A DNA stretch of 64,000 bases from Promethearchaeota archaeon (GCA_016840085.1 JAEOTA010000019.1:1-64000); one strand, 5' to 3'; positions 1 to 10,781 are shown, counted from the stretch's first letter. Translations and numbers: made by a program. Notes: generated by a model not told the origin, from the sequence alone.

Positions 1-53
1 GCTTTCTTTTTAGGTGCAGCTTTCTTTTTAGGTGCGGCTTTCTTTTTTGCCAT
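1..53 (-). CDS. 5' end of a Lys/Ala/Pro-repeat basic protein (MAKKKAAPKKKAAPKKKA...), truncated by the window edge
   Basis: ATG at 53-51 preceded by SD-like AAGGAGAGG; 18-nt repeat unit encoding KKKAAP; not in ORF track. Confidence 0.7.
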   Translation of the reverse strand, partial: MAKKKAAPKKKAAPKKK

Positions 54-727
54 AATAATATACCTCTCCTTAACGTTTGTGAAATATTTCTATTATTAAA
101 AATATTTGTTATTGATTACTCACTTTTATTTATAAATCTTTCTATTTGGTAGGAAAAAGAAAATCTATTAACTAGATATCAATCCCTTATTTGTCATCCG
201 AGAGATTAAATCAAATATAATTATTGATAAGTATTCTTTTTCAAAAGAAAGAAGTGAATTTAAGGTTAAAATTAATTAAATATCCATAAAAGAGAATTTA
301 AATTTTTGGAATAAATAATTCCTCTTTCTTCCCTAAGGTTCGTGTGAAAATTTTATGGTTGTTAATATTTTCTATATACTTTTAGTAATCTAGAATCAAA
401 TCATACTCCATTATAAAGGAAATTGAAGAAATAATTAAAAAACTAAAAAAATCCTCAAAGTTAGTAAATTTTATTTTTTTTTATGTTCTATCCTACTCCT
501 TGTTTACCAGCATAAATGGAGCATCCTAACTGAATTTTCAAGAATGATTGAAATTCTCTTACTTGATGGTTATTATCTCTCACTAACAGCAAGATGGGCG
601 GCAATAGAGAAATTGAACCCCCAAAATAAAATTGAGAGATTTTGAAAATCTAGATTAACCTCCAAAATTTTAAATATCTGTAGTATCATATTTGAACTAA
701 AATCACTTATTAGTCAGTTGAGGTTTT

Positions 728-1144
728 ATGGGAAAAGAAAAAGAAAAGGATAAAGATAAAAAGGATAAAGATAAAAAAGATAAAGATAAAAAAGACAAGG
801 AAAAAGAGAAAGAGAAAAAGGAGAAAAAGGAGAAAGAAGAAAAAAAGGAGAAAGATAAGGATAAGAAAGACAAAGATAAAAAAGATAAAGACAAGGAGAA
901 AGACAAGAAAGAGAAATATAAAGTTGCCGTAGATCAGGATTGGAAATTAAGTATAAGTAAGAATCTTGATGCCGTTACACATGCTTACGAAAAAATAACA
1001 AACAAATTCAGAGATATTGATAATTACATTTTAAAAGATGCCAACTCAAAAGAAGAATTCTTAGAAAAAGTCAAGAAAAATATTGAAGATTTACCTGATG
1101 CCTCTAAACAAATCTTCTTGACTTTCCTAAATTCTATAGAATAA
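728..1144 (+). CDS. Hypothetical protein with K/D/E low-complexity N-terminus and helical C-terminal domain
   Basis: GAGG before ATG; KDKDK repeats with synonymous codon variation; ordinary C-terminal half. Confidence 0.7.
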   Translation: MGKEKEKDKDKKDKDKKDKDKKDKEKEKEKKEKKEKEEKKEKDKDKKDKDKKDKDKEKDKKEKYKVAVDQDWKLSISKNLDAVTHAYEKITNKFRDIDNYILKDANSKEEFLEKVKKNIEDLPDASKQIFLTFLNSIE

Positions 1145-1171
1145 CTCACTTTTTTTTTTATTATAAAAGTT

Positions 1172-1915
1172 TTATTGGAATTTTTTACCAACTACACCCA
1201 CATATATAGCTGTTTCATTAATCCCATCAATTTTTAATAATTCATTAAGCTCATCATCGTATATTGCTCCTATGGAACATGCACCTAAACCTAATGCTTC
1301 AGCAATTAGATAGAAATTCTGACCAATATGACCCGCATCTAAATATATATATCGATAACATCTTTGAAGATATTTCCACTTAGATCTTTCTATCATTGCA
1401 GTCCATACAAAATTCACAGCAGAGTTATAAGCTATTTGTTGATCTAAACAACCTCTAGCAACTTCTACTCGAAAATCGCCTTTCTTTAAAAGTTCAAGAC
1501 TATGGTTCGGAATGTTATAATGATAAATACCTTGTTCAATATCCTTAACGTTATTTATTACAGGATATACTTCAATCGGATATAACCCTCCCGCAGAAGG
1601 TATGGTTCTAAACGCAAATTGAGGAAAAACTCGAGTTAAGCCTGTCATTCCATATAATAAAAGGCTAAGTTCTGATAATGTTATAGGATCTTTTTTAAAT
1701 TTTCGAGTAGATTTTCGATTTACTAATACTTGCCAAAATTTTATTTCATTATCAAATTCAGGCGTGGGAAGTTTTATCGTTTTCATTGCGTTTTGATAGG
1801 TCTTATAAGTTTCTGGCTTTATTGACCAATCTAATCGATGCCCTGGTAATTGATTTCTTAAATATTTAGATTTTTGCTGAAAATCGTCCCCAAATTTCTC
1901 CATTTTATTATTCAT
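1172..1915 (-). CDS. SagB/ThcOx-family nitroreductase-like dehydrogenase
   Basis: RKSTRKF, RTIPSAGGLYPIE, YLDAGHIGQN motifs. Confidence 0.9.
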   Translation of the reverse strand: MNNKMEKFGDDFQQKSKYLRNQLPGHRLDWSIKPETYKTYQNAMKTIKLPTPEFDNEIKFWQVLVNRKSTRKFKKDPITLSELSLLLYGMTGLTRVFPQFAFRTIPSAGGLYPIEVYPVINNVKDIEQGIYHYNIPNHSLELLKKGDFRVEVARGCLDQQIAYNSAVNFVWTAMIERSKWKYLQRCYRYIYLDAGHIGQNFYLIAEALGLGACSIGAIYDDELNELLKIDGINETAIYVGVVGKKFQ

Positions 1916-2159
1916 ATGGGAAAAAGATTAAGACATCCTTAAAAGTTTTAATTTAATATTTTAAAAATGTTAAGATGTCATTAAAAGGGAATTTGTATGT
2001 TTATTTACAGTTTTCATAATATTTCAAAATCATATAGGACGCATGATTATAAATCAAAATATTTTAGTTGATTTTTATTGTAATAATTTTAAGTTAGAGT
2101 AAAAATCTTAATAAAATATTAACTTTAGACTTAAAATTTCTGTTCTATTTTATTATTAC

Positions 2160-3434
2160 ATGAAGAAGATTTCTTTTCAATACCCACGATTATTACCCTT
2201 GTGGGTTGCAGTATTTGTTGATATTTTAGGCTTCAGTATTATTTTACCTTTTTTACCCTTTTTCATGCAAGAATATAACAGTTCACCTATAATTATTGGA
2301 TTCTTGCTAAGTAGTAATGCTATATTTGCATTTTTCTTTGGGCCGATTTTAGGGAAATTGAGCGATAAATATGGAAGGAAACCATTATTATTAATTTCAC
2401 AAGCTGGAACTATAGCAGGATTCATAATTTTAGCTTTTTCACAAAATATTCAGATGCTCTTTATCGCAAGAATTGTCGATGGAATATTTGGTGGACAATT
2501 TCCCATATCTAAGGCAGTTATAGGGGATATAGTACCGCCACATGAAAGACCTAAACAAATGACAAATATAGGCATAACATTCACCTTAGCATTTTTAATT
2601 GGGCCTGCAATGGGAGGATTTTTATCACCTTTCGGGATTATGGGGCCCGGTATTGTCTCAAGTATTTTAGCAAGTTTTACATTTATTTTTACAGCAATAT
2701 ATCTAAAAGAGACATTACCAATTAAAACAATGAATGTACAAGCGATTAGCAATAAAACAGGATTTACTCTTGCTGAAAAACCACTTAATGGTTTGATGAA
2801 TAATGTTGAAGAGCAGCGATCTTCAATATGGAAAAATAAGCAGACACTTATTATTCTAATACAATATAGCTTTTTAGCTATTGCTGCTGGTGTTTTTCAA
2901 ACAACTTTTAGTCTTTTTGGAAATATTAGACTAAATTTAAATGCACAGATTATTGGTCTACTCCTTTCATCAATGGGAGTGTTCCAAGTTGTCTTTAGAG
3001 CCTTTTTCTTTAATAAAATCCGAAATTATTTAGGAGATGCAAAAACAGCAATGTTAGGTTTAGGAAGCTTTATTTTAGCATATTTTCTTTTAGGAGTAGT
3101 AGCAGAAATTTGGCATTTAGTCGTTTTGCTTTTTTTTATAAGTTTTTGTGGAGCAACTTCACGAGGTATAACTATTGGTTTTTTAAGTCGCTCAGTTGAC
3201 TTTCGAAATCAAGGTAAAATAATGGGTATTAGCTCTTCAATAGACAATTTGTCTCAAATTATAGGACCAATCCTAGGAGGGCTCTTACTTGCTTTTCCGA
3301 ATACATATTTGTTTGGCATAACTTTAAGTTTTATGAGCATTCTACCCTTCTTTTTAAGCTTTCGTGTCCTGAAGTTTGGTTTTGATAGCAAAAAGTCCTT
3401 TGTTATTCCACAAATAAAACATATCGATACTTAA
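2160..3434 (+). CDS. MFS transporter (TetA/DHA1-like)
   Basis: GKLSDKYGRKP motif A; about 12 hydrophobic segments. Confidence 0.9.
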   Translation: MKKISFQYPRLLPLWVAVFVDILGFSIILPFLPFFMQEYNSSPIIIGFLLSSNAIFAFFFGPILGKLSDKYGRKPLLLISQAGTIAGFIILAFSQNIQMLFIARIVDGIFGGQFPISKAVIGDIVPPHERPKQMTNIGITFTLAFLIGPAMGGFLSPFGIMGPGIVSSILASFTFIFTAIYLKETLPIKTMNVQAISNKTGFTLAEKPLNGLMNNVEEQRSSIWKNKQTLIILIQYSFLAIAAGVFQTTFSLFGNIRLNLNAQIIGLLLSSMGVFQVVFRAFFFNKIRNYLGDAKTAMLGLGSFILAYFLLGVVAEIWHLVVLLFFISFCGATSRGITIGFLSRSVDFRNQGKIMGISSSIDNLSQIIGPILGGLLLAFPNTYLFGITLSFMSILPFFLSFRVLKFGFDSKKSFVIPQIKHIDT

Positions 3435-3679
3435 AAATACGAAATTCAACGGAGATAAAAACCATTTTAATAATTATCAATTATTGAATTTGGATAATAA
3501 AATGAAATCAGTGAGAGGAAGAGAGAAACTAAGCTTATGCAACTGGATAAAGGTGACGACATCATCAGGATAAACTATTCGTTAAAATCCACTTTTAAAT
3601 AGTGCACCTTATAAATCGAAGTACTTTTAAAAAATTATTAATAAAAATTGTACATATTGTTTAATTTAGATCTTAAAAG

Positions 3680-5329
3680 GTGAAAATAGTGGTTAAATAT
3701 AAACGAGGTCATCTCTATTACCCTGAAATCCCTATTCATGAAATTTTGGAAGATACAGCTGAAAGGTTTCCAGATAGGTCTGCTTTTCTTTACCCTCAGA
3801 AAATGACTTTTAAACAATTTAAAGACCAAGTAGATATTTTTGCTACTGTCCTAAATAATTTAGGTGTGAAAAAAGGAGATAGAGTTGCCTTATATGGATG
3901 GAATTCAATTGAATGGGAGATTTCTTTCTTCGGATTAGAAAAAGCAGGTGGTATTCTAGTCCCTATGAACCCATTATTCAAGGAATCTGAAGTTGAATAC
4001 GAAGCGAGTGACTCAGGAGCAGAAACGATAATAGTCTCAGAACCCCAATACCCTAACGTAGCAGCAATTAAGAACAAAACAAACCTTAAAAATATCATAA
4101 TAATAGAATCAGAAGAGAATCCAGAAATACCAGAAGGAACTAATAGTTGGTCAAAGTTAATAGCAAAAACAAAACCGAATCCCCCTGAATATGATTTCAA
4201 TCCTAAAGAAGATCTTGCAACCTTAGTTTATACAAGTGGAACAACAGGTCTCCCGAAAGGAACCATGCTTACGCACTACAATATAGTATCAAATGTAATC
4301 CAAATATGTCAGCTTTACGAATTAAGTGAATTAGATATCGCGATGACAGTACTTCCTCTTTACCATATTTATGGACTAAATGTATGTATGAACCAAGCAA
4401 TTTGGTTAGGCGCAGCTCAGGTTGTTTCACCACGGTTTGAAGTAGAGAAATTCTGTGAGCTTATAGAAAAATTTCAAGTTACTTATAGCTTGTGTGTACC
4501 TCCAATATTCCTCGCAGTTGTTCGACATCTTGAAGAACCTAGTATAAAAGGTTATGATTGGACAAACCTCAAAATCTTTAACAATGGCGCTGCACCAATC
4601 CCTCTCGAACTTCTTGAAAGATTCGATAAATTAGCAAAAGAAAAATGTAATGCTAAAGATGTGACCATCCAACATGGGTGGGGCTTAACAGAAGCGTCTC
4701 CTGTTGTTGCTGTAAATCCTATGTCTCGCCCCAAAATGGAATCTCAAGGTACACTAATTCCAGATACTTTTCATAAAATCATAGACTTAGAGACTGGTGA
4801 AGAGCTTCCTGAAAGAGGGCAGATTGGCGAATTAATTATTAAGGGTCCTCAGGTTATGAAAGGGTACTGGAATAGACCTGATGCTACTAAGGGTGCTTTT
4901 TGGACCGACCCTAATACTGGTGAGAAATGGCTGAGAACAGGTGATATGGCATATATCGATGAAGATGAATATGAGCATCTTGTTGATCGCATCAAGGAAA
5001 TGATAAAATATAAAGGATGGAGTATTGCGCCTGCTGAACTTGAAGACTTACTGTTTAAGAATCCGCATGTATTTGATGCTGCTGTTATTGGAAAACCATC
5101 TACAGAATTGGATGTAGGTCAAATTCCCAAGGCTTTCATAATTTTAAAACCAGAATCTAAGGGTAAAGTATCTGATGACCACATTATGGATTGGGTTGCT
5201 GAAAGAATCTCTGCCTATAAAAAGATTCGGGAAGTTGAATTTGTAGATCAAATTCCAAAATCTGGTTCCGGTAAAATTTTACGCCGAGAATTAATTGAGC
5301 AGGAAAAAAAGAAACTTGGTTTAAAATAG
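3680..5329 (+). CDS. Long-chain fatty acid-CoA ligase (AMP-binding); real start probably GTG 3689
   Basis: YTSGTTGLPKG, GWGLTE, RTGD, PKSGSGKILRR. Confidence 0.9.
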   Translation: MKIVVKYKRGHLYYPEIPIHEILEDTAERFPDRSAFLYPQKMTFKQFKDQVDIFATVLNNLGVKKGDRVALYGWNSIEWEISFFGLEKAGGILVPMNPLFKESEVEYEASDSGAETIIVSEPQYPNVAAIKNKTNLKNIIIIESEENPEIPEGTNSWSKLIAKTKPNPPEYDFNPKEDLATLVYTSGTTGLPKGTMLTHYNIVSNVIQICQLYELSELDIAMTVLPLYHIYGLNVCMNQAIWLGAAQVVSPRFEVEKFCELIEKFQVTYSLCVPPIFLAVVRHLEEPSIKGYDWTNLKIFNNGAAPIPLELLERFDKLAKEKCNAKDVTIQHGWGLTEASPVVAVNPMSRPKMESQGTLIPDTFHKIIDLETGEELPERGQIGELIIKGPQVMKGYWNRPDATKGAFWTDPNTGEKWLRTGDMAYIDEDEYEHLVDRIKEMIKYKGWSIAPAELEDLLFKNPHVFDAAVIGKPSTELDVGQIPKAFIILKPESKGKVSDDHIMDWVAERISAYKKIREVEFVDQIPKSGSGKILRRELIEQEKKKLGLK

Positions 5330-5336
5330 AATATAT

Positions 5337-6101
5337 CTAATCCATAAAATTTTCTTTAATCTTCCTCCTACGTCTTCTCCTTAGGAAGACTACAATTATT
5401 ATCAGTATTAATAGACCTACTGGTAAAAATATAATTACGAAAAACTTCCCAAACATATAACGCCAATAACTAGTATATGAATATGAGATATAAACACAAT
5501 CTGTATTAATCACATCGTTTTTCCATTCCCATACATAACTCTGACCATCTTCAATATCATAAATCACAAAGTTGTAATTATAAAAATCATTTGAACTATT
5601 TGAATATGAATCAGGTTGCTTTCTATATACATTGAATTCAACTCGTTCTGTTATTGTTCCATTCCATGCACGAGATGTTCCTACATCATAAAATATTTCT
5701 AAAACACTATTTTGATAGTCTTTAATATTAATATAGGCATCAAAATAATATTCAAGCTCAATAGAATCAAATCCTGGGAATTCAATGAAGGCAAATAAAC
5801 ATTTCCTATTTGACGACTCTGTGAATCTCCAAGTAAAATATTCATCCCATAAATTTCCATCTATTTCAATCTCATCAAATTCGAAAGGAATTTCATTATC
5901 CTTTAATTTTATTACACATGTTGTTTCCAGATTTTTAAAATCAGCTGAAAAAGGGGCTGCAAGTGTCATATTCAAGGAGTCATGGGGATTATGAATTGTA
6001 TAATTTCCATTAAAGCTGAGAAAAATTTTATCTAAGGACTTAGAATAATTTATATTAAAGGTGACACTTGAGTTAGTCATAATTAAAGAACAATCTTCCA
6101 C
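5337..6101 (-). CDS. Exported protein with C-terminal TM anchor and RRRRRK tail; frame stays open upstream to about 6260 and encodes a signal-peptide-like segment
   Basis: C-terminal hydrophobic helix plus basic tail; upstream in-frame KKKQVQVLLFFIIIISLILPNY...KADVVPVG. Confidence 0.7.
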   Translation of the reverse strand: MEDCSLIMTNSSVTFNINYSKSLDKIFLSFNGNYTIHNPHDSLNMTLAAPFSADFKNLETTCVIKLKDNEIPFEFDEIEIDGNLWDEYFTWRFTESSNRKCLFAFIEFPGFDSIELEYYFDAYINIKDYQNSVLEIFYDVGTSRAWNGTITERVEFNVYRKQPDSYSNSSNDFYNYNFVIYDIEDGQSYVWEWKNDVINTDCVYISYSYTSYWRYMFGKFFVIIFLPVGLLILIIIVVFLRRRRRRKIKENFMD

Positions 6102-6374
6102 GGGAATAAAATTTCCTGTTCCCGTAGAACCGACTGGGACAACGTCAGCTTTAGATTTACTTATATAATTTGGGAGTATTAATGATATTATTATAATAAA
6201 AAATAAAAGAACTTGAACTTGTTTTTTTTTTAAATGAAAAATTCTCGCCTCAATACTTATAATAGTTTATCTGTAATTTTCATTTAATATTATATTATAG
6301 GATAAATCAATATAAAAATCTAAATTCAAAAGCTTATTCTTTATTTCTTACAAAAATGGAAAAAAAAAAATAAG

Positions 6375-6743
6375 TTATTTGGCGTTAGGATCTTCTTGCA
6401 TAATTCCTGTAACAATTCCCTCAACATCTTTAAAATATGCTAACCAACCTACTCCGGGCACTGCATGTTTCGGGCGCACTATTTCACCACTATTATCTTT
6501 AATTTTTTCAATAATTTCATCTACATCATCAACATCGATAGTATTAACTACCTTTGGAAAATCTTCTTCTTCAGCACCTAGCCCCCCATCAATCCCTGGT
6601 TCATTTTCACCACCTGTCATAATTAGCCAATAATCTATTGGCCCTTGCCATTTTTCTATTTTCCAACCAAATACTTTTTCATAAAAATTTATAGTTTTAT
6701 TCACATCCTTTACATTCAGCTCAAAATGTACTACTCTTGGCAT
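6375..6743 (-). CDS. VOC (glyoxalase/bleomycin resistance) family protein
   Basis: VVHFE, GIDGG, PGVGWLAYFKD; GAGGTGA 5 nt upstream of ATG. Confidence 0.9.
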   Translation of the reverse strand: MPRVVHFELNVKDVNKTINFYEKVFGWKIEKWQGPIDYWLIMTGGENEPGIDGGLGAEEEDFPKVVNTIDVDDVDEIIEKIKDNSGEIVRPKHAVPGVGWLAYFKDVEGIVTGIMQEDPNAK

Positions 6744-6968
6744 TTATTTCACCTCAACTAATATAAAGTTATTATATCTTTGGATATTAATTCTATTTAA
6801 TAATGTCGTTAATAAATCCAAACTAACTATATTATTTAACTTATAAACCTTAGGATTATTTAGTAGAAGCAGTTGGTTCAATAAAAAAAGTTTATAATTA
6901 TTCTATTTTGTAATAAATACAGACCTAAGAATAGATTTTTAATTCCTTATAAAAAAATAATATTAATT

Positions 6969-7973
6969 ATGCCTTCGAATGGTTCTGATGGAAAAGACGA
7001 AGAGTTACAAAATTGGGAGAAGGAGCTCTTTGCTAATCATCGTTGGGGACGGCTCAAAGTGTGGTTCCCTGAGGATCATGTTTCTTTAGATAGTGAAATA
7101 GTATCTAGTGAACACACATTTCTCAGGAATCTTTGGAAAAAAGCTCAACCACTTGATCAAACAGGTAAGGATATTTTAAAAAGTATAATTGATCTTGAAA
7201 TATGTAATTGGAATCTTGAGAACAGTATTATAAGTATATGTAAGGCAATAGGTGAAAATAGAGCTCCCACAATCCCAATTGGTCATTTAAAATCAATCAA
7301 AAGCGAAAGATGGATGAAAATTTGTGCATACTATTTAGCGCTGCGGAGTTGGCTTCCATCTTTAGGAACTAGTGGTTATGAAGCTCTTCAAAATTTATGT
7401 GATCCTGATAAATCTGTGAAGAAAATGATTTATGAATTACTCAATGAAAGAAATAGATTAAAAGAGTTATATGTAGAGCGTATTTGTCTTTTATTTGAAT
7501 TTTGGATTGGGGGGTATTGGGGGAAATCACCTCAATTGATTGCTCATCTTGCTGCTGTAAAAGCAATTGAAAATGAGATCCTAAAAATACATCCAGATAG
7601 TTTGATTTTAAAAGCGATGATATCTGAAGGTGATGGTAGGCTTCAACCTTGTAATCATAAAGCTTTCCGTAGATATGATATAATAATTTCCAGTATCGGA
7701 GCAGGTAAGTGGAGAGCGACTATGCCGAGGAAGGGAACTGATGGATTAAAACGAGCTGTCCTTCTAGATAAATATTTCCAAGCAATTAAATCCTGGATTA
7801 GAGATCATAAAAAAATTGAAGAGGGTGATGGTGACAAATTATTCCAAATAATTCATAATCTTCTTGGAGAACCAGACAATAAAAAAAAATTCCTTGCATC
7901 ACTTCTTATTTCATTACTACAACCTCAACAAATGGCAGCGAAGCTATTAGCAGAGAATCGTATTAAAGATTAA
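6969..7973 (+). CDS. Hypothetical protein
   Basis: 334-aa ORF, no recognised motif. Confidence 0.7.
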   Translation: MPSNGSDGKDEELQNWEKELFANHRWGRLKVWFPEDHVSLDSEIVSSEHTFLRNLWKKAQPLDQTGKDILKSIIDLEICNWNLENSIISICKAIGENRAPTIPIGHLKSIKSERWMKICAYYLALRSWLPSLGTSGYEALQNLCDPDKSVKKMIYELLNERNRLKELYVERICLLFEFWIGGYWGKSPQLIAHLAAVKAIENEILKIHPDSLILKAMISEGDGRLQPCNHKAFRRYDIIISSIGAGKWRATMPRKGTDGLKRAVLLDKYFQAIKSWIRDHKKIEEGDGDKLFQIIHNLLGEPDNKKKFLASLLISLLQPQQMAAKLLAENRIKD

Positions 7974-8075
7974 TTAATACTATCAATGTCAGCAAAAACT
8001 TTTCAAAAACTAGAGATCCTTATAATTTTAAATAAACATACTTCTCATTATATAAATTAATTTAAGCTATTTTAT

Positions 8076-8771
8076 TTACCTAGAATCCTTGTAAATAACT
8101 TTTCGAATCTTTTCTGCGGCAATCTTAGGATTTTTGGCACGAGTAATTCCTCCTCCTATAATAATAATATCCAGTGGATAAGTGAGTAGCTTAGAAATAT
8201 CGGTGACTCGAATCCCCCCAGCTATTGCTAACCGGGGACGGTCTTGTAAGTGTATTACTGACTCCAATTCTGATAATGGGGCTCTTCGTGATGCTTGGAT
8301 ATCTAAACCACTATGCACTAAGGCATAATGCACTTTTGTACCTTTATAATTTATATTAATAAGATCTGCTAATCTTTTGGAAGGTTTTCGAGACACAATA
8401 AGGTCTGCCATAATCTCCACATGAAACTCATGTGCAGCACGCAGCGCTTCCTCGATTGTATTGTTATAAGCATCGGCAAGAACTGTAATAATATCGGCTT
8501 TTGCTTTAGCCGCCATCCGTGTCTCAAGGTATCCCGCATCTGTGGTTTTTAAATCGGCACAAACTAACTTGTTTGGGTGTGTTTCCTTTAACGTTCGAAT
8601 AGCTCTTACACCTTCAGATTTTATTAAAGGTGTTCCAGCTTCCAAAATATCTACAAAAGGAGCAACTTGTTTTGCTATCGCCAAAGCATCATCTAATATT
8701 TCTAAATCCAATGCCACTTGTAGCAATGGTTTTTGTTGGTTCTTTTTACGCGTATGTGAAAAACCCATCAC
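8076..8771 (-). CDS. hxlA: 3-hexulose-6-phosphate synthase / KGPDC family
   Basis: LQVALD, EAGTPLIKSEG, ADLKTTDAG, AIAGG. Confidence 0.8.
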   Translation of the reverse strand: MMGFSHTRKKNQQKPLLQVALDLEILDDALAIAKQVAPFVDILEAGTPLIKSEGVRAIRTLKETHPNKLVCADLKTTDAGYLETRMAAKAKADIITVLADAYNNTIEEALRAAHEFHVEIMADLIVSRKPSKRLADLININYKGTKVHYALVHSGLDIQASRRAPLSELESVIHLQDRPRLAIAGGIRVTDISKLLTYPLDIIIIGGGITRAKNPKIAAEKIRKVIYKDSR

Positions 8772-8834
8772 CTCTCCCTTTTTATTGTAAAAATCATCAT
8801 TCCTCCACGAGGATATAAGTATTTTTTTTTGAAC

Positions 8835-9029
8835 TTATTTCTTTCTTCTATCAATAACTAATTCTCCCCCAACGCCAACATTTTCTGACAGGTTCTCTTT
8901 TATTAATATTGTATAAACCTCTCTCGGTAATTTATATGCCTTTTCAAGAGCATTTGTAATTTCCTTAACTAATTGTCTCTTTACTTCTATATCATCAATT
9001 GGAGGGCCATCTATGGTTACATTTGGGAT
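8835..9029 (-). CDS. dmpI: 4-oxalocrotonate tautomerase family (DmpI-like); probable start ATC 9029-9027 giving an N-terminal Pro
   Basis: P-NVTIDGP...KRQLVKEIT...IKENLSENVGVGGEL; the track start GTG lies inside the AGGTGA SD motif. Confidence 0.75.
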   Translation of the reverse strand: MPNVTIDGPPIDDIEVKRQLVKEITNALEKAYKLPREVYTILIKENLSENVGVGGELVIDRRKK

Positions 9030-9194
9030 TTTATTATTCACCTTTCTTGTTAATTTTCAATTTAATATTTATCCATAATATAGTATTATGACAATCAAAT
9101 TAAAAAAAGTTAATGTGACCATTATATCAATTATCTAAAGAAAACAGTTCTTATAGATCAATATGAGTATCAAGCAATTATCAATATACTGAAA

Positions 9195-9347
9195 TTATAA
9201 TCTCATTACTTTAAAAACCCATTTTAATTTACATTGACGTGAACAGAAAAGTCGTTTTTTTGGTTGTTGACATATATTGATATGGTGATGTTCCTTATTC
9301 CACTTATTACTAACGATGCTCTTACCACAGAATTCGCAATTAGGCAT
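9195..9347 (-). CDS. 50-aa TRASH/MYM-type zinc-finger microprotein, copy 1
   Basis: Manual translation MPNCEFCGKSIVSNKWNKEHHHINICQQPKKRLFCSRQCKLKWVFKVMRL; paralog at 15545-15697. Confidence 0.8.
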   Translation of the reverse strand: MPNCEFCGKSIVSNKWNKEHHHINICQQPKKRLFCSRQCKLKWVFKVMRL

Positions 9348-9528
9348 TATTATTTGTCTTCTTTTTTAGTCTCTTTAAATTTCTCTATGTTGCTCAATTA
9401 TTACTAATATGTTAATGTTAATGAGCTTTTATATATAATATAAAAAAATTATGTGAGTTCTACTTTTTCTTTTCTTTATAATTCCTACGGATTGAATATA
9501 TTTTTCTTTTTTTAAAAGTATTTTATTT

Positions 9529-9900
9529 TTAATCCCCTATTGGCTTTACAGTACTTTTTTCCATTATTAAGATTGATGTACGAGTAGGAGCTCTTGTACG
9601 ATGCATTACACCTTTTGGTACAGTAAAACCTTGATTGGGTCTCAATTCAATTAATTTATCTTCCAGATCAATTAAAAGTAATCCTTCAATAACGAAGAAG
9701 AATTCATCTTCTTTTTCATGTTTATGCCAGTGAAATTCTCCTTCAATAACTCCTAACCTAACGACAGAATCATTTACTTGGCAAAGAGATAAATTTTGCC
9801 ATTTTTTAGTGCAATTTTCTATTACTCTTGGAATATCAATAACTTCCAATGGTTTATATTTTATTTCAGGATCAATTGAGTATTTATTATAGTCATTCAT
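9529..9900 (-). CDS. Cupin domain protein
   Basis: GEFHWHKHEKEDEFF, VPKGVMHRT. Confidence 0.9.
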   Translation of the reverse strand: MNDYNKYSIDPEIKYKPLEVIDIPRVIENCTKKWQNLSLCQVNDSVVRLGVIEGEFHWHKHEKEDEFFFVIEGLLLIDLEDKLIELRPNQGFTVPKGVMHRTRAPTRTSILIMEKSTVKPIGD

Positions 9901-9911
9901 TTTTTTTTAAC

Positions 9912-10429
9912 CTATATGTCTGTAACTTTCGATATATCTAATGAAAACATGACCCTACGCCGATACGGCTCAGATTTACTTAGTTCTCGACAAGCTCTTG
10001 CTGCTAGTGCCTTTATTTTTGTTGTTCGCTTTTTATAATCATCGTCCGAAAGCTCAATAAATTTTAAACAATCATAAAAACAGAAATTCACGCATGCTGG
10101 TGACCCATCACATAAATCACACTTATTAATCATTTGTTCTTTGATATATTCAATTGTTCCAAATGGACAAGCAACAATGCATTGATTGCATCCAATACAC
10201 TTATCTTTATTCACAGCAATTAATGGGTCTCCTTGAGGCGTTTTAGTCTTATAAATAGCCCCAACTGAGCATGCTCTCATACACATTGGATCTTCGCATT
10301 GTAAACAAACAACAGGTCTCGACCATCCTTCCAGTCCATTGGAAACTACCCGAATACGCGAATGTGAAAGAATAAACTCTCCCTCTCTGGTACTAGAGCA
10401 CCCTTAACTACTAAGACTTTTTTGCTCAT
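9912..10429 (-). pseudogene. AOR-associated 4Fe-4S dicluster protein, frameshifted near the 5' end and missing its first CxxCxxC
   Basis: ATG 10429 gives MSKKVLVVK; a different frame gives CSSTREGEF...SRIRV...CLQCEDPMCMRAC...CIGCNQCIVACP...KCDLC. Confidence 0.75.
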
Positions 10430-10443
10430 AGCCTTTTCTTATC

Positions 10444-10725
10444 TCATCCTCCTGTAATGTAAGCAGTTATAATTATTTCATCCTTATCTTTTAAAAGAGC
10501 TTTAAACTTATCTGGCAGTGTGCTTGCATTGCGCCCATTAATCAAAACTGATATTTCTTTTTTAATTTTTCCGTTATTGAACAATTCTTCCATTAAAACC
10601 TTACCATATTTACTTACTAGCGTATCTAAAACTCCTTGAATAGTGAACTCACGCCCCTCGATGACTACTTGCCCGTGTGGTAAGCTTTTAGCTAAGGCTC
10701 CAACCGCTGTAATTTTAATTTTCAT
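10444..10725 (-). CDS. moaD: MoaD/ThiS ubiquitin-like sulfur carrier
   Basis: VLINGRN, C-terminal GG; directly downstream of AOR. Confidence 0.85.
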   Translation of the reverse strand: MKIKITAVGALAKSLPHGQVVIEGREFTIQGVLDTLVSKYGKVLMEELFNNGKIKKEISVLINGRNASTLPDKFKALLKDKDEIIITAYITGG

Positions 10726-10781
10726 AATAAACGTATTTTTTTAATTATAATTTTTCTTCTAACTAACAGTAATAATATGTT

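Noticed and set aside
703-906. Ser/Leu/Phe ORF on the minus strand
   Set aside because: Antisense shadow of the K/D/E repeat gene
1172-3434. SagB-like gene plus MFS as a RiPP cluster
   Set aside because: No YcaO or precursor peptide; stand-alone SagB-like genes are common in archaea
3500-3605. Purine-rich stretch upstream of the CoA ligase as a small ORF or ncRNA
   Set aside because: Short frames with no recognisable motif or convincing structure
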